From the human T2T-CHM13v2.0 reference genome, Homo sapiens, in assembly GCF_009914755.1 (NCBI RefSeq), contig NC_060931.1: a DNA stretch of 64,000 nt; one strand, 5' to 3'. The translations under genes and the position numbers were made by a program. Under the pieces are notes generated by a model. That model was not told the DNA's origin, did no database searches, and worked only from the letters and a program-made list of their open reading frames with translations. Positions 13,201 to 28,591 of this stretch are shown piece after piece (the first letter of the stretch is position 1; every line of letters starts with the position of its first letter).

Positions 13201-13870
13201 TTTACTACTGTTGAGAGCTTAAATTGGCATAGGTGATTTCGAGAAAATGTTGTAGTCAACTAAGAAAAATGAAAGTGTTTATAACATTTCAACTCCTAAA
13301 TACATAATCTAAAGAAGTTATCCAATATGAGCACAAGGAGACATGTAAAATGGTGTTCACTAAAGCATGATTTGGAATAATGTTAATCTTTATGGGAATG
13401 GATAGATCACATGATATATTCATATAGAATTAAACACAGCAATTAAAAGAAATGAATTTGAGACATTTATATCAACAAGGCTAGATCAAACCATAATGTT
13501 GAGTGAAAAAAGGAAATTCCCAAATTGCACAAACATAATCCTATTCATGAAAATTTTAAAAACACACACAACACTATATGTTGTTTATATAGAGATGTGT
13601 TTATACATGTTTATATGTGCAAACACATGTAAGTACTTAAAAAGACTAAATATCCACATCTAAACTCATGGCAGGGCTTCCTCTCTGGACAGGATGTGAA
13701 ACTGTTCTAGTGCTGAAAGGGAACCAGCACAGGGTAAGCACTAGGTAAAATTTGTTATTATTAATAAAGTATGTTTTGTTGTTAGAAGCAAATAAGACAA
13801 ATGTTGACAGTTGTTAATTCTGGATGTGGTAATATCAGTATTCATTATATTATTTTTGTCCTCTTCATAT
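13200..13870 (+). mobile_element. Old L1 (L1ME-like) 3' region
   Basis: ggtgttcactaaagcatg, cataatgttgagtgaaaaaagg. Confidence 0.65.
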
Positions 13871-13967
13871 TTCATATCTAAAATTTTATTGAAGAGAAAT
13901 ATTCATGAGACTCTGAACTCCAGTCATAATAAAAACTGGTTGTTATGCAACATTACTTGTTCAAGGT

Positions 13968-14435
13968 TCCCTTCCCTTCCTTTCCCTTCTCTCCCCTCCC
14001 CTCCCCTTCTCTCCCCTCCCCTCCCCTTCCTCCCCTCCCCTCCCTTCCCTTCCCTTCCCTTCCTTTCTTCCCTTCCCTTCCTTTCTTCCCTTCCCTTCCC
14101 TTCCCTTCCTTTCTTCCCTTCCCTTCCCTTCCTTTCTTCCCTTCCCTTCCCTTCTTTTCTTCCCTTCCTCCCCTCCCCTCCCTTCCCTTCCTTTCTTCCC
14201 TTACCTTCCTCTCCTTCCCTCCCCTCCCCTCCCTTCTCTTCCCTTCCTTTCTTCCCTTATCTTCCTCCCCTCCTCCCCTCCCCTCCCCTTCCCTTCCCTT
14301 CCCATCCCCTCCCCTCCTCTCCCCTCCCTCCCCTTCCCTTCCTTTCTTCCCTTCCCTTCCTCCTCTCCCCTCCTTCTTTTTTCTTTCTTCTTTCTCCTTC
14401 CTTCCTTCTTTCCTTTCTTCTTCTTCCTTTTTTTT
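13968..14435 (+). repeat. Polypyrimidine/polypurine low-complexity tract (CTTCC/CTCCC)n
   Basis: About 470 bp of almost pure C/T. Confidence 0.97.
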
Positions 14436-14827
14436 GTGGACAGTAAATAAGCATGAGAATATCAAAGCACACATTAAATTGCCCAGCATAGGGCAGACTA
14501 GAATACAAATATTCAGATATTCAAGTATTTTTCTTTTAACTTCTCATTGCCCATTCCATCTTAGAGTAAAATGTCAGTAAGGGAGGTGCTTAATGAAGCC
14601 AATGGTCATGTCTTCATTTTTGGATGAGTGCCTATTTTTAGATAGGAATAGGAGAGACACATCTTGAATTGAAAGTTCATCTCTTCCCAACACATTTATC
14701 TTTCTGTAAAAAATGGATAATTCAGGATTTCTTTTGTGATGAAAATGGTGAATAAATGATGTGCCATTCTTTGAACTATGAAATCTTCTGTGTTTTGTTT
14801 CTGGAAACCAGAGTAATGGCAACAACC

Positions 14828-14887
14828 ATATATATATATATATGTGTATATATATATATATATATAATATGCATATATATATATATA
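14828..14887. repeat. (TA)n microsatellite at the Alu tail
   Basis: Imperfect tatatata run. Confidence 0.9.
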
Positions 14888-15286
<399 letters not shown>

Positions 15287-15639
15287 TTATTCACCATTTT
15301 CATCACAAAAGAAATCCTGAATTATCCATTTTTTGTAGAAAGATAAATGTGTTGGGAAGAGATGAACTTTCATTCAAGATGTGTCTCTATCTAAAAATAG
15401 GCATTCATCCAGAAATGAAGACATGACCATTGGCTTCATTAAGCACCTCCCTTACCGACATTTCACTTTAAAATGTAGTGGGCAATGAGAAGTTAAAGAA
15501 AAGAAAAATACTTGAATATCTGAATATTTGTATTCTAGTCTGCCCTATGCTGGGCAATTTAATACGTGCTTTGTTGTAAGCCCCATACCAGGCAGAGCAG
15601 AACTGTTCTGTCACCCTTCCCGAAGCCTCATGACCCACA

Positions 15640-16360
15640 CTATGACTTCCTGGTGTGGTTGGGGGAAGCGATTGAAGCAGCAACTTGGCTCTCCTTCCTC
15701 CTGGAGAGCTACCTTCTTTTTCTGTCTCTTGAGAGTTTATAATTCAGGGAAAGAGTTGACTTTTTTTCTGTTTTTTTGTTTTTGTTTTTCCGTATTTTTG
15801 ATTCAGAAGTCCTAAGCAACCTTAAGGTTTTTCTCTTCTGAAAAGCCACAAGAAGAAAAACAAATCTCTGAGATCAGAGCATCTCTGTTTCTGGCTCTCT
15901 CTTGGCTCTGCCTCCAGTTTCTGCAGAACTAGATCATCTCCATAGCTTCAGGAAGGGCAGTGGCTATGCCCAGGGTAGGTCTCTGCCCCTGGCCAAAGAG
16001 TAACCAGATGCAGTTGCGGGAGCCCTTGGGAGAGGTCGGGACCCGGCAGACACTCAGACCTCACAGCTGCTCAGCAGAGTTGGGGAGCCACCACCCTGCG
16101 AGGGGATCCAGCTTGGCCAGAAGCAGCCTTCACAGTGTGTGGTTTCCTAGAGACCAGGTGCCCTGCCCAGCCAACAGAGGGGAACGCGTGGTTGAGAGAA
16201 CTGGCTTTAAAAAGAATAAAGGACAAAATGATGAGGCTCCAGAATCATGTCACAACCGTGTTTACTGTCTGGCTCCTTTTCTGAAGAGCATTGTCCTGTG
16301 AGCCTGCTCTTCGGCATGGGAATGCAGGCTCAGTGTGATGATGAAACAGGAAATGCGGCT
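15640..16360. promoter_or_regulatory. Candidate enhancer with ETS/RUNX motif cluster
   Basis: ACTTCCTG (15645-15652) next to TGTGGTT (15654-15660); TGTGGTTTCCT 16138-16148; CAGGAAATG at 16347; no recognisable repeats, locally GC/CpG-richer. Confidence 0.3.
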
Positions 16361-16729
16361 TGGGGCAAAAAAAGGAAACTCTACTTGCCACATGTGTCTA
16401 CTACTCCCCACTCAACTTTCTTCCCAGACTTGTACATGCTCATGTGTGGGCACTCCTCCAGGGCAGGGGTCTTACCTTCCTTATCCTGGAAACCTCAAGG
16501 GTGACCAGCAGAAATTATGGAGAAGAAGGCTCTGGGTTGAATAAATGTAAACTAAGTGGATTCATTCTAAGCAGATGTTCCTGGATGTACAGGGGTCAAG
16601 GTCATCTAGAAGAGTGATGTGCTGTAACTTTAGGAAAATGGGACTGGTATTCCTCTACAGTCAGTGGAAAATTGATCTCTATAGGTGAATTAGAACTAAG
16701 GATAACAGCAAAGAAGTAAATGAAAATAT

Positions 16730-17465
16730 AAACTTAACATCACTTATCATCAGGGAAATGCAAATCAAACCACACTGAGATATCACTTCACACCTATTAG
16801 GAGGGCTATTATATTTTAAAAAGATAAGTGTTGGCAAAGATGTGCAAAAATTGGAATCCTGTACACTATGGGTGATAATGCAAAATGGTGCAGCCACTAA
16901 GGAAAAACAGTATGGAGGTTTTTCAAAAAAATTAAAAATAACCGTATGATCCAGCAACCTCACTTCAAAGTATTTATCCAAAATAATTGAATTCGGGATC
17001 TCAAAGAAATATCTTCACTCCCAGGTTCATTGCAGCACTATTCACAATAGCCAAGTTATGGAAACAACTTAGATATCCATTGACAGATGAATGGGTAGGG
17101 AACATGTGGTACATACACACAGTGGAATATTATTTAGCCTTAAAAAGAAGGATGTTCTGCAATACGTGACAATGTGTACAAACCCAGAGGACATTATGCT
17201 AACTAAAATAAGCCAGTCAATCACAGAAGGGTAAATACTGCATGATTCCACTTAGGATATCAAAACTATCAAAAACAGTCAAACTCATAGAAACAAAGAG
17301 TAGAATGTTGGTTACCAGGGGCTGGGGGCAGGAGGAAATGGAGAGTTTCTGTTCAAAGGGTGTAGAGTCTCAATTATGCAAGATGAATAAGTTTTAGAGA
17401 TCAGATGTACAACATTTTGCCTATAGTAAACATTATATGATGCCCTTAAAAATTTATGAGAGTAG
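16730..17465 (+). mobile_element. L1MA/MB 3' end
   Basis: agggaaatgcaaatcaaaccacactgagatatc...ttattatttagccttaaaaagaagg... Confidence 0.9.
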
Positions 17466-17769
17466 GCCTCACAATTTTTTTAAAGGCATCTATGTGGGAA
17501 ATTAACTGGTCATCATTCTCTACATGTGATGCAAACTATTATTCACCACAATGCTTGTAGAAATACATGTATCCTTTAGTTTCCAAGTGTGTGATAGCTC
17601 CAGATCGAATAAATGTCTCACCCTAAAGCTAACAGTTGTGAATGGCCATATTTCTGTATTTGATATCTGATGATCTCACTTTCTTGTATAATGCGTAATG
17701 TTTATTTATAAGTTGATGTAGCCATTGTCTCAGAAGATCATATAATATTTTATTGTGGAGGCAATGTGG

Positions 17770-18330
17770 TCTCATTAGTTTATTCAACACATGTTGATTG
17801 GACATAAATATGTTCCATGCACAGTGTTAGAGATGCAGGTCCAGGAGATATAACTAGGGCAGGCCATGTCATGAAGCTTCTGGTTGAGTAGGAAAGACAG
17901 ACATAAATGATACCTGCCTGAAGGGGTGACATGGAGCAGAGACCTAATGAGCTAAAGCACTAAGTCTCGTGAAGGTCTGAGGGAAAATTATTCCAGGCAG
18001 TATGGCTAACATCCATGAAGACCTGAAATGGGAATGCACTTGGAATATCTGAAGAGCAACAAAGTCACTAGAATTGGAATGGAATGAAGGAGGCAGCCAG
18101 GTGTAAGAGACTGGGTCTGATGGGCAGTCAGGGATCACAAAGGTCCCTAGAGGTCATGGTAAATTATCTCTGTTTTATACCAAGAATAACTGGAAGCTGA
18201 TGGAGGGTTGAAAGCAGAAGGAGATATTATATGGTTTATGTTTTAGAATGTACTAGATGGAGGCAATAGTCAAGCATGTATTCATCATCCATTATTTCAT
18301 TCATGTATTCATTCAATAAATATGTGTTCC
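17770..18330 (-). mobile_element. L2 fragment(s)
   Basis: ttattcaacacatgttg, ggaaaattattccaggcag, cattcaataaatatg. Confidence 0.65.
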
Positions 18331-18349
18331 ACACTTTCTGTATACTCAC

Positions 18350-18360
18350 CTGTCAACTAG
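18350..18360 (-). other. Candidate 11-nt micro-exon
   Basis: ttttccttccttgctag|CTAGTTGACAG|gtgagt. Confidence 0.25.
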
Positions 18361-18683
18361 CTAGCAAGGAAGGAAAATCAAATGGCTTCAGTGGGCCCAT
18401 TTCCATACCTATAAAACAGGCTCCCCTGTGTAGTCTCTTCCAGCTGTACTTCCAGACAGTAGTCAAATGTCTGTCTCTGAGAAGGGGAAGGCTCTCTGAC
18501 ATTAGTCGCTTACACCCAAGATTTGTTTGCCTGGGAGTTGTGTCATAGCAACACAATTTTTGGAAACCTGCTCATCGTTCACTTGGAGGTGCATGGAGCA
18601 CATCAGGTCCTGGGACTGTATTTGAGGGAGACAGTATCAATGTAGAGATCCAGGTGAGCATCGATCTATAAAAAGAACGTAGA

Positions 18684-18999
<316 letters not shown>

Positions 19000-19527
19000 T
19001 TAAAATGAGGAGAGTAGAGTTCCTATAAGGACATGAAGTTTGGGATAATTTTAAGTGAAGATAGATATTTAATATCTATGAAAGGAGAAAGAGAAGCAAA
19101 ATCAGAAATGCCACTGGAGAACGGCCATGATCCAAGTAGAGGTAAATCCCTGATGGCAATGAAATTATGGGCTAAAGTCCAGATGAAAATAACAGAGCCG
19201 TGGACCTCACATAAAATGATATTGGTATTTGCATTCTTCCACACACACAGTGTGCATATCAGTCAGTATGGCAATGTCTCTTTTTATTGGTGGTGCATGA
19301 AGCCCTCCCTCCAGCCACAGTGAGCTTGGGAAGACTCAAATGCAGTCACACTCAACCGGGAGCAGAGCATCTCTCTGACATAGATGGAGTGGTTTAGCCA
19401 ATTAGGTTGATCATGAGCCACCAGCTTGAATGGTATCATTCTCTAACCAAAGGTGTTAAAAAAGAAAGAAAAGAAATGAGTCATTAGAACAAGACAGTCA
19501 GTAGGCACATGGGTTCTGGCAAAAGGT

Positions 19528-19607
19528 AGCCTGGTGTGTTCAATGCCCGGTGGCACCACTGTGTTGCAGCTTGGTGTGTTCAATGCCCGGTGGCACCACT
19601 GTGTTAC
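19528..19607 (+). repeat. 2 x 40-bp tandem duplication
   Basis: tggtgtgttcaatgcccggtggcaccactgtgtt is identical at 19532-19565 and 19572-19605. Confidence 0.97.
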
Positions 19608-19889
19608 TTAGAAAATGCTCATAATTTTTCTGGGTTCTGGTTTCATTATTTGTAGGCGATAGCATAAATGCAGAGGTCCAGGTCAGTATGGATTTATAAA
19701 AAGAAAATAGAAGGGTTTTGAGTCTCATGAAGATGTGAGTAGAATGTCTATAAGGGTGGTAAGATTTGGGAGAAGTCTAAGTGAAGATAAATATTTAACA
19801 TCTGTGAAAGGAGAAAGAGCAGAAAAATCAGAAATTCCACTGGAGAAGGGTCATGATCAAAGTAGAGGTAAATCCCTGACGGGGCAATA

Positions 19890-20010
19890 ATGCAGCCTTC
19901 TCTTGTAATTGTTATGAAGGATATATGAAATGATGCACATAAAGGCCTTTGCCCAATGTTTTGCACATGGCTGTCTAGATATAAGCTAACAATCTGTACA
20001 CTTAGTAATG
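19890..20010. mobile_element. MIR fragment
   Basis: ttgttatgaaggatatatgaaatgatgcacataaag. Confidence 0.55.
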
Positions 20011-20919
20011 ATGCTGTAGAAGAATGGATGATGTTCCACCCAGCCCAGGCACTGCATTCATATGGTATCTGTCACAGTTACAGCTCCAGCCCCTTCCCTG
20101 AGTTAGAAGAAACAAGGCTTGAGCATTGCTTTGGGCACAGTTTAACTCTCTGCTTTCAGAGCTTGAGAGGTCAGCTGATGGTTTTCTGAGAGAACTCTAG
20201 CAGGGAGGCACTTGCTTTGGGAAATTTTCCATGGTTCTGAGTCTAGTCCAAACATATAGGCAGAGACGCTTGATTCTGTAAACACACTGATGATGTTTCC
20301 ACTCTCGTGGGCAGATTGAGGCATATACAAGAATGCCAACATATCAATTGTATGGAAGTAAGTGTCACATAAAGAGGGATTCTTGTCATCTGTATGATTC
20401 CGTATATGTATTGCTTGTCTCACTGTAATAACATAGCAATATGCAAAGTGCCAATCTATTGATTTATGATGCAAATGACTCTGCAAGCATTTCCATGTTC
20501 AAAGTCTGTAAGGTCAGGGCATAGTCACTCCACTCCCTAGGCTTAGTTTCCCAGGGACAAAGGGCATAATTAGAGGGTATTTTGGGTGAACATGGAACCA
20601 AATAAAGAAGAGTAATTTGAATGGAACCTTTGAAAGGATCAGGTAAAAATCAATTTCACCACAGGGTTGGATTTGCCAAAAGCTCAGCAATCTTTGAACT
20701 CCATTGGTTACAATACCCTGTGTCTATCCCCACATAGAGGGTAGTCTGTAGTCTTGCCAGGGGGCCTGGAATCTTCAAAATCCTTTGGTTACTATTCCAT
20801 CTCCCCACATATTCCTCCAGTGACAATGACTATGTGTCCTAGTAACTCATTTGTTCTTGGCTGGTCAATCTCTCTCACCATCCCCCTGGATTGACTTGTT
20901 TTCTCTTCTTTTTTTTTTT

Positions 20920-21325
20920 TAAGCTTATATTTTCCCTAGCTTTATTGAGGTATAATTGACAAATAAAAATAGTATACATTCAAGGTGTACAATCTGATGT
21001 TTTGATATATGTATATGGTGTGAAATGATTTCCACAATCAAGCTAATTAATGTATCCATCACCTCACGTCGTTACCTTTTGCGTGTGTGTGGTGAAAACA
21101 CTTAAGATTTATTGTCTTAGAGAATTTTAAGTGTATAATACAGTATTATTAACTATAGTCATCATGCTGTATAACAGATCTCCAGAACTGACTTATCTTA
21201 TAACTTGTTCGTGTCCTTTGGCCGCCATTTCCCCATTTCCCCTACTTCAACCCCTGACCCCTGGTGACCATCCTCCTCCTATTTCTATGAGTTCAACTTT
21301 TTCTAGATCCCACATACAAGTAACT
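20920..21325 (-). mobile_element. L1MA 3' end
   Basis: agctttattgaggtataattgacaaataaaaat...caatcaagctaattaa. Confidence 0.9.
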
Positions 21326-23019
21326 TGTTTTCTCTTTAGTCATGTTAATTTCATGAATCAGGTAAAGAGTTAATGAGGATGAGGATGAGGTAACATCTTT
21401 CTCTGTAGGGTATTTATATAATCTCTGAACCATTCAGTGTTCCTTTCTCTGATGGCAGTTTAATTCTAGTTATTTCCAAGTTATTACAAGAAAATCTGCA
21501 GATATCTTCAAGTACTAAAAATAAAAACGAATCTTTCTGGAGCCTTTCTACATTTTTTTTTTTCTGCTTTCATTCTCTTCTCATATTCTCTTAACATTCT
21601 TCTTATTCTTTTTCCAAATCTCTTGTTACACTAGGTCACAGTTATCTGCAGGACGTTTTATGGGATACAGGTGGAAAAAAAATCTATCCCCCCCATTAAG
21701 CCCTTTCTCACCCACATATGTGCAGCAGTAACCCCCAAGGAGATCTGGCATGAAGAAGAGCAAGTCATGTTCCTCAAACCAGTACTTGTCATTTAGAGTT
21801 TTGTTTTAGACAAGAATGGTAATTCAGGACTTTGACTCTGGCCTTATACAATCAAGCTTCATGTTTTATCAAGTTAATAAATGACTTAATCATGCAAGAG
21901 TGGAGGAGCGCAACAAAGACATCCGTACATGACAGTAAGGGTTCTGCTGATCCCAAAGAGAATGAGGTTCATGTCAGAGGACACGCAAAGTCATCACAAA
22001 TAAAATTCATGTTTGTGTTTCCAGCTTAATTGCTCAGGGTTAAAAGGAAAATAATAGAAATGAGGCTGTGTTTGCATAAAGCGTGAAACTTTGTCCTGGG
22101 AACTTTTGTCCTCCTAATAATTCCCAGCAATGTGGACATTAGAAGGTTACGGACTGTGTGGCATTTTCACAGAAAGAGCAAAGGGAACCAATTTAGAAGG
22201 TAAGAAAATTTTGCTATGCCAGTGGATAGCACTGATTTCCTTTTTGTAGTATCAAAAGTGGAGGAGTTGTAACTGCTTGGGGGGTGCTGCTTACATGGCA
22301 TCAGCATCTTTCCATTTGAAATCAGCCACAATTTGCTCTCCAGGTAATGACAACCAAGCATCCCTTTACTCGACTACCACAGTGCCAGGAAACACTGTGC
22401 CACCGAAAATCAGAGTCTTCTGAAAAACTCTATTTCACAGCACCGCACTGTGCCTTTGGTTTTGGAAAACAATATAACAAATCTACTGAAATAACACCCT
22501 CTGTCAATGCCACTGTGTCTATGAAATCAGCTAGTCCTTCTGTCCTTATTAAGTGAGCATGAATTTTGGGCTATTCTCCTTCAGGCTAAGGTTAGCAGAT
22601 GGCTATTCAGACGCATCCTCAACTCAAACCCATGGCTCCTTGTTCTTATTTTCTTCTGTAACAGTTTTGATTACTTTCTCTTTCACCTTACTCCGACCTA
22701 TTTGGCTTTTTGGGGGGTTCTGCTTCCAACTTGCTTAAAACTGCTTCAAGCATTTTGTGTTTTCTCATTTTCTCTTGTAGATTTCTTGGTAAACGATTCC
22801 TAAATCCCCTATCTCCACTTTGCTTCTCTCTTTTAACCCTTTGCCCACTTTCCTCTTCCATCAATAACTGCAACCCCAGATCAACATCTGCTAATCATTG
22901 GTGCACAAAAGTGCTTTCATCCTGCTGTTGCCAGAGAATTAATTCTTTCTTCCATTCTTGGTTTTACATGTAATCTACCATCCCCTACCTAAAGTTCTCA
23001 AGAAGGTTTCCTAGAAAAC

Positions 23020-23900
23020 AGGTGCAGTAGAGTATCGGGGATCAGTCAGAGGTACGTTTGGATAGCCTTGTTTCTTCATTCAGAACAAAACAAATGCAAA
23101 CAAACACAAGCAATGAGTTTGGCCAAAATGACCTCATTATTATTGTGAGGGTTACATGTGACATATAGGAACTCGCCCAGTACATGTCTGGCACAGAGCA
23201 AGTGCTCAGCAAATATTTGTCCCCTACCCCACTTAATGTCAGTCACTGAACTTTGTAGCATGCCTTTGTCACCTGTCATTTCTTACCACTTTTCCTCCTC
23301 CTCCCACTGCATTTCCACTCTCCTTATACCAAGTTGTCTTTTTCTCTTCACAAGAGCTCTGTACCTCACATTTCCTGCTCCTGCCAGCCCTCAAGTATTC
23401 ACCCATTGTGTGATCAACACATACCTTACATCTTTAAAGTACGTGGTATACAAGTCACTGGTCCTATTCTGTGGTTTGTGGTACATGCAAAAAATAAAAC
23501 ATAATGACCTAAAGAAAGTTGAAACTTCACGGGAGGAAGTAGAAAGGAGCACTAGGCCCATGCTGGATACGAATACTCTCTTTGCTCTCATCTCCTTCCC
23601 CAGATCCCACTGCATTTGCTTTACTGGGGAGAGGGGGGATTAGGAGTTTCCCACTGAATAATTTAAACCTCATCCACAGATAGGCTTGAGACAGTTGATG
23701 AAGCTAACCTTGTTGAGCTCTTGCTCATACCAGGCCCTCTTCTGATGTTTTAATGGCGTAGTTCATCACGTAATCACCATCAGCCCATAAGGCAGGTGCC
23801 CTGAATAGCCTCCCATTAGGTAGGGGAGGAAACCTAGGTGAGTTAGACAAGGGAGTCACAGTCACACGGTGAGACTTGAACTCGGGCAGTCTGCCTTGAA
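23020..23900. mobile_element. MIR and L2 fragments
   Basis: attgtgagggttacatg...ggcacagagcaagtgctcagcaaat; aggaaacctaggtgagtt...gacttgaactc. Confidence 0.55.
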
Positions 23901-24279
23901 CATGTTGGTGGAGGAGGCGTAGAGAGGATGAAAGAAGCTATACTATAATGGGATCCTGGAGGAATCTGGAGAAAAATTCTACCCTGTGGGGAAGGAATGA
24001 GGGGTGATTAGCTATCAGCCACATGGCCTGGGATTGGGAGGAGAACAGTTATTTGGTATTTGGGCATTTGGTATTTGCCTCCAGGCTGATCAAGGTTTCC
24101 CTCCCCACACTTCCCCACCCTGCAGAGCCCCTGGGCTGAAAGGGGCACATTGAAAGGAGCCATGAATCTGCAGGTGGAAGGGAATTTGGCAGTGGGGGCA
24201 GGAGGCATGCTGGGCCCCTGGGTGTCCTGCTTTAAAAGCCAGAGGCTGGGGAGTGTGCAGGATGGGAAAGGGGAGACGC

Positions 24280-24550
24280 CGGTCAAAGGTTTTAAAATTT
24301 CTGTTGTACAGGAGGAATCCATTTTAGTGGTCTATTGCACAGCATGATGCCATAGTTAATAATAACACACATTTCAAAATTGCTAAAGGAGTAGATTTTA
24401 AGCATTCTCACCACAAAAAAGTAGGTAAGGCGATGGATATGTTAGTTAGCTTGATTTCATCTTTCTACCATGTATACATATATCAAAATATCACATTGTA
24501 CCCTATAAATATATGCAATTATTATTTGGCAATTAAAATTTAAGAAAATT
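24280..24550 (+). mobile_element. L1MA 3' end
   Basis: tctattgcacagcatg...ttcaaaattgctaa...ttctcaccacaaaaaa. Confidence 0.88.
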
Positions 24551-24599
24551 AAACAATTAAATAAAAGATAAATGGAAAAAAAGTAGTGAATTGTCGAAT

Positions 24600-26412
<1,813 letters not shown>

Positions 26413-27229
26413 TTTCCTATCAGGATCATGTCTCCTTAGAGGAATTCTAGGAAATGAAATGTTCTCCATGGCTTAGGACTAGCTGTTGTTTGGAGCTGCC
26501 AGGAGACTTCAGGTACTGCAGGGGCCCCCTGGCAGGCCTGGAGACTCTGAAGTCTGCACCCTCCCTGTCTGACTGTAGCTGCCTCCCTCCTCCTTCAGAC
26601 TCTGACCTGGGCTCTGCTCTTGGCTTCTGCTCTGCCACCTACACTGCCCGCTCCCGTCCCTTGGATGCAAGGATTCAGCCTCGAGTCACACTTTCTCCTG
26701 AGCCTCTGTACTAACTCACAAAAAAGGAGATGGCTTCTCACAAGCCTCTGAATTAGGCAGGCTGGCACATTCGAAGCTCACATTCTGTTACCTCCACAGA
26801 ACCTCTGGGGACAATGACAGTGTCAGTGTGCACAGATGAGGTCAGAATGACGACTGGCCATCTCACCTAACTCTTGCCCATCAGCTGTTGTGATCGAAAA
26901 TGTAAAAGTAAATAGACCCCTTTTCACTGCCCGAGTCTGGGTGGACCTCACCTGATAGCAGGCAGTGCCCAGGGAGCCCCCACTAACCCTGTATTCCGCA
27001 AGGAAGTTGTCTCCGTATTGAGTAAACTAAATTTTTCCAGGGCTTGAGGGGGCCAAAAAAGGGTCTTGGCCCACATATTTGCTGTACAAGGCCAAGAGCT
27101 ATTTTCTTTGAATGAAAAAATAATTTTTTTCTAATTTTGTTTGTAAATTTCACAACTTATATTTATTTCTCTCCTTTCCCCAAAACCTCTCAGGGTACAT
27201 GAAAATGCAGTAGCAAACATTCGGAGGGT

Positions 27230-27390
27230 AAAGAAGAAAGGCAATCACATTTCATGAGCCCTTACTTTGCATCAGACTGTGTGCTGAGCATATAATGTCA
27301 GTTACAGCTCTGTGAGCTAAGGAACTCTTGACTCCTGGTTCACAGATGAGGCAGGTAGGGAAAAATGACTTAAATTACTTTCCCACTATT
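27230..27390. mobile_element. MIR fragment
   Basis: ttcacagatgagg core. Confidence 0.5.
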
Positions 27391-27756
27391 TAATATAATG
27401 TCTCACCTGTTACAAACCTTTGCCCATCCCTGTTGCAAATTACTGTCGATGAAATTGCTGAGGGTTCAGGATTCCCTCTATAGACCTCCCTTGGTTCTGA
27501 AGAGGAAAGCAGCTGCAGAGGAGTGTAGGGCAACCTTGTTTACAACTACGATTTCCTTGAGCACATTCTCTAGATCATGGCAGGCAGGCAGAACTCATTT
27601 TACATGCATTGTTGTATGCTGCGTGCCACATGTTACAGAGGTCGGTGGAAGATGAGGAATATCTCGATGATTGTCTTCAGGAGTTATAGGAAAAACAAAA
27701 GTGAGAGTAACAACAACAACAACAACAAAGGACGTCACAGAGAAAGAAAAAGTCTG

Positions 27757-28050
27757 GGCCAGGCGCGGTGGCTCATGCCTGTACTCCCAGTACTTAGGGA
27801 GGCTGAGGCACGCGGATCACCTGAGGTCAGGAGTTTGAGATCAGTCTGGCCAACATGGCAAAACCCTGTCTCTACTAAAAATAGAAAATTAGCCGGGCAT
27901 GGTGGCTGGTGCCTGTAATCTGAGCTACTCAGGAGGCTGAGGCAGGGAGAATCACTTGAACCCAGGAGGCGGGGGTTGCAGTGAGCCGAGTTCGCTCCGC
28001 CGCACTCCAGCCTGGGCGACAGAGTGAGACTCTTGTCTCAAAAAAGAAAG
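27757..28050 (+). mobile_element. AluS
   Basis: Full dimer; aaaagtctgg on both sides. Confidence 0.95.
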
Positions 28051-28119
28051 AAAGGAAAAGTCTGGCTTTGCGTCCATGTTGACTAGGATGACAGTGGTGA
28101 TGGAGGACATATGGAAAAA

Positions 28120-28290
28120 GTGGTCTATGAAGGAAGGAAAGTTTGGGTCCAGGTCATGATCTCTGCAATGAGCTGTCTTGGTGTCCTTAGGCAAGTTACT
28201 TAACCTCTCTGAGCTTTCACTTCCTCATTAGAAAAATGGAGATGATATTAACCCCAAAGCATGGACTGATTAAAATTTTACATGAGATGT
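28120..28290. mobile_element. MIR
   Basis: taggcaagttacttaacctctctgagctttcacttcctcatt. Confidence 0.75.
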
Positions 28291-28521
28291 ATTGTTCTAT
28301 TTTGCTAGGAAATAGGATCTCAGTAAGCATCTCCCACAGTTGCCTGCCCAGTATTTTATCCTGTGAACTAATAAGAAAGGTGCCTTATAAGTAAAGTGAC
28401 TGTATAATTTATTGTCAAAACCAAAACACCTTTGTGACCGAAGAAGTCCACTCTTAATAATCACGCCAAAACAACACACAGAAACTGGAATCGTCCCAGG
28501 AGAACAAGTCACTCTACTTAC

Positions 28522-28591
28522 AGAGACAGTTAGGGAAATTTCTGGTCCAGGAAAATCAGTGGGCTTTGCTGACAAGGATGTCCAGAAGCTT
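28522..28591 (-). other. Candidate exon (70 nt)
   Basis: Acceptor ctactcttag|AAG; donor TCT|gtaagt. Confidence 0.2.

Noticed and set aside
13811-14580. 211-aa and 178-aa ORFs rich in P/S/L/F or G/R/E/K
   Set aside because: Artefacts of the stop-free C/T low-complexity tract.
19528-19607. CRISPR-like repeat or CTCF site
   Set aside because: Only two adjacent units with no spacers, in eukaryotic DNA; poor CTCF match.
22688-22873. Charged, coiled-coil-looking minus-strand ORF
   Set aside because: Purine-rich stretch with no flanking splice sites and no recognisable homology.
23158-23643. 161-aa plus-strand ORF
   Set aside because: Overlaps MIR/L2 remnants and is not protein-like.
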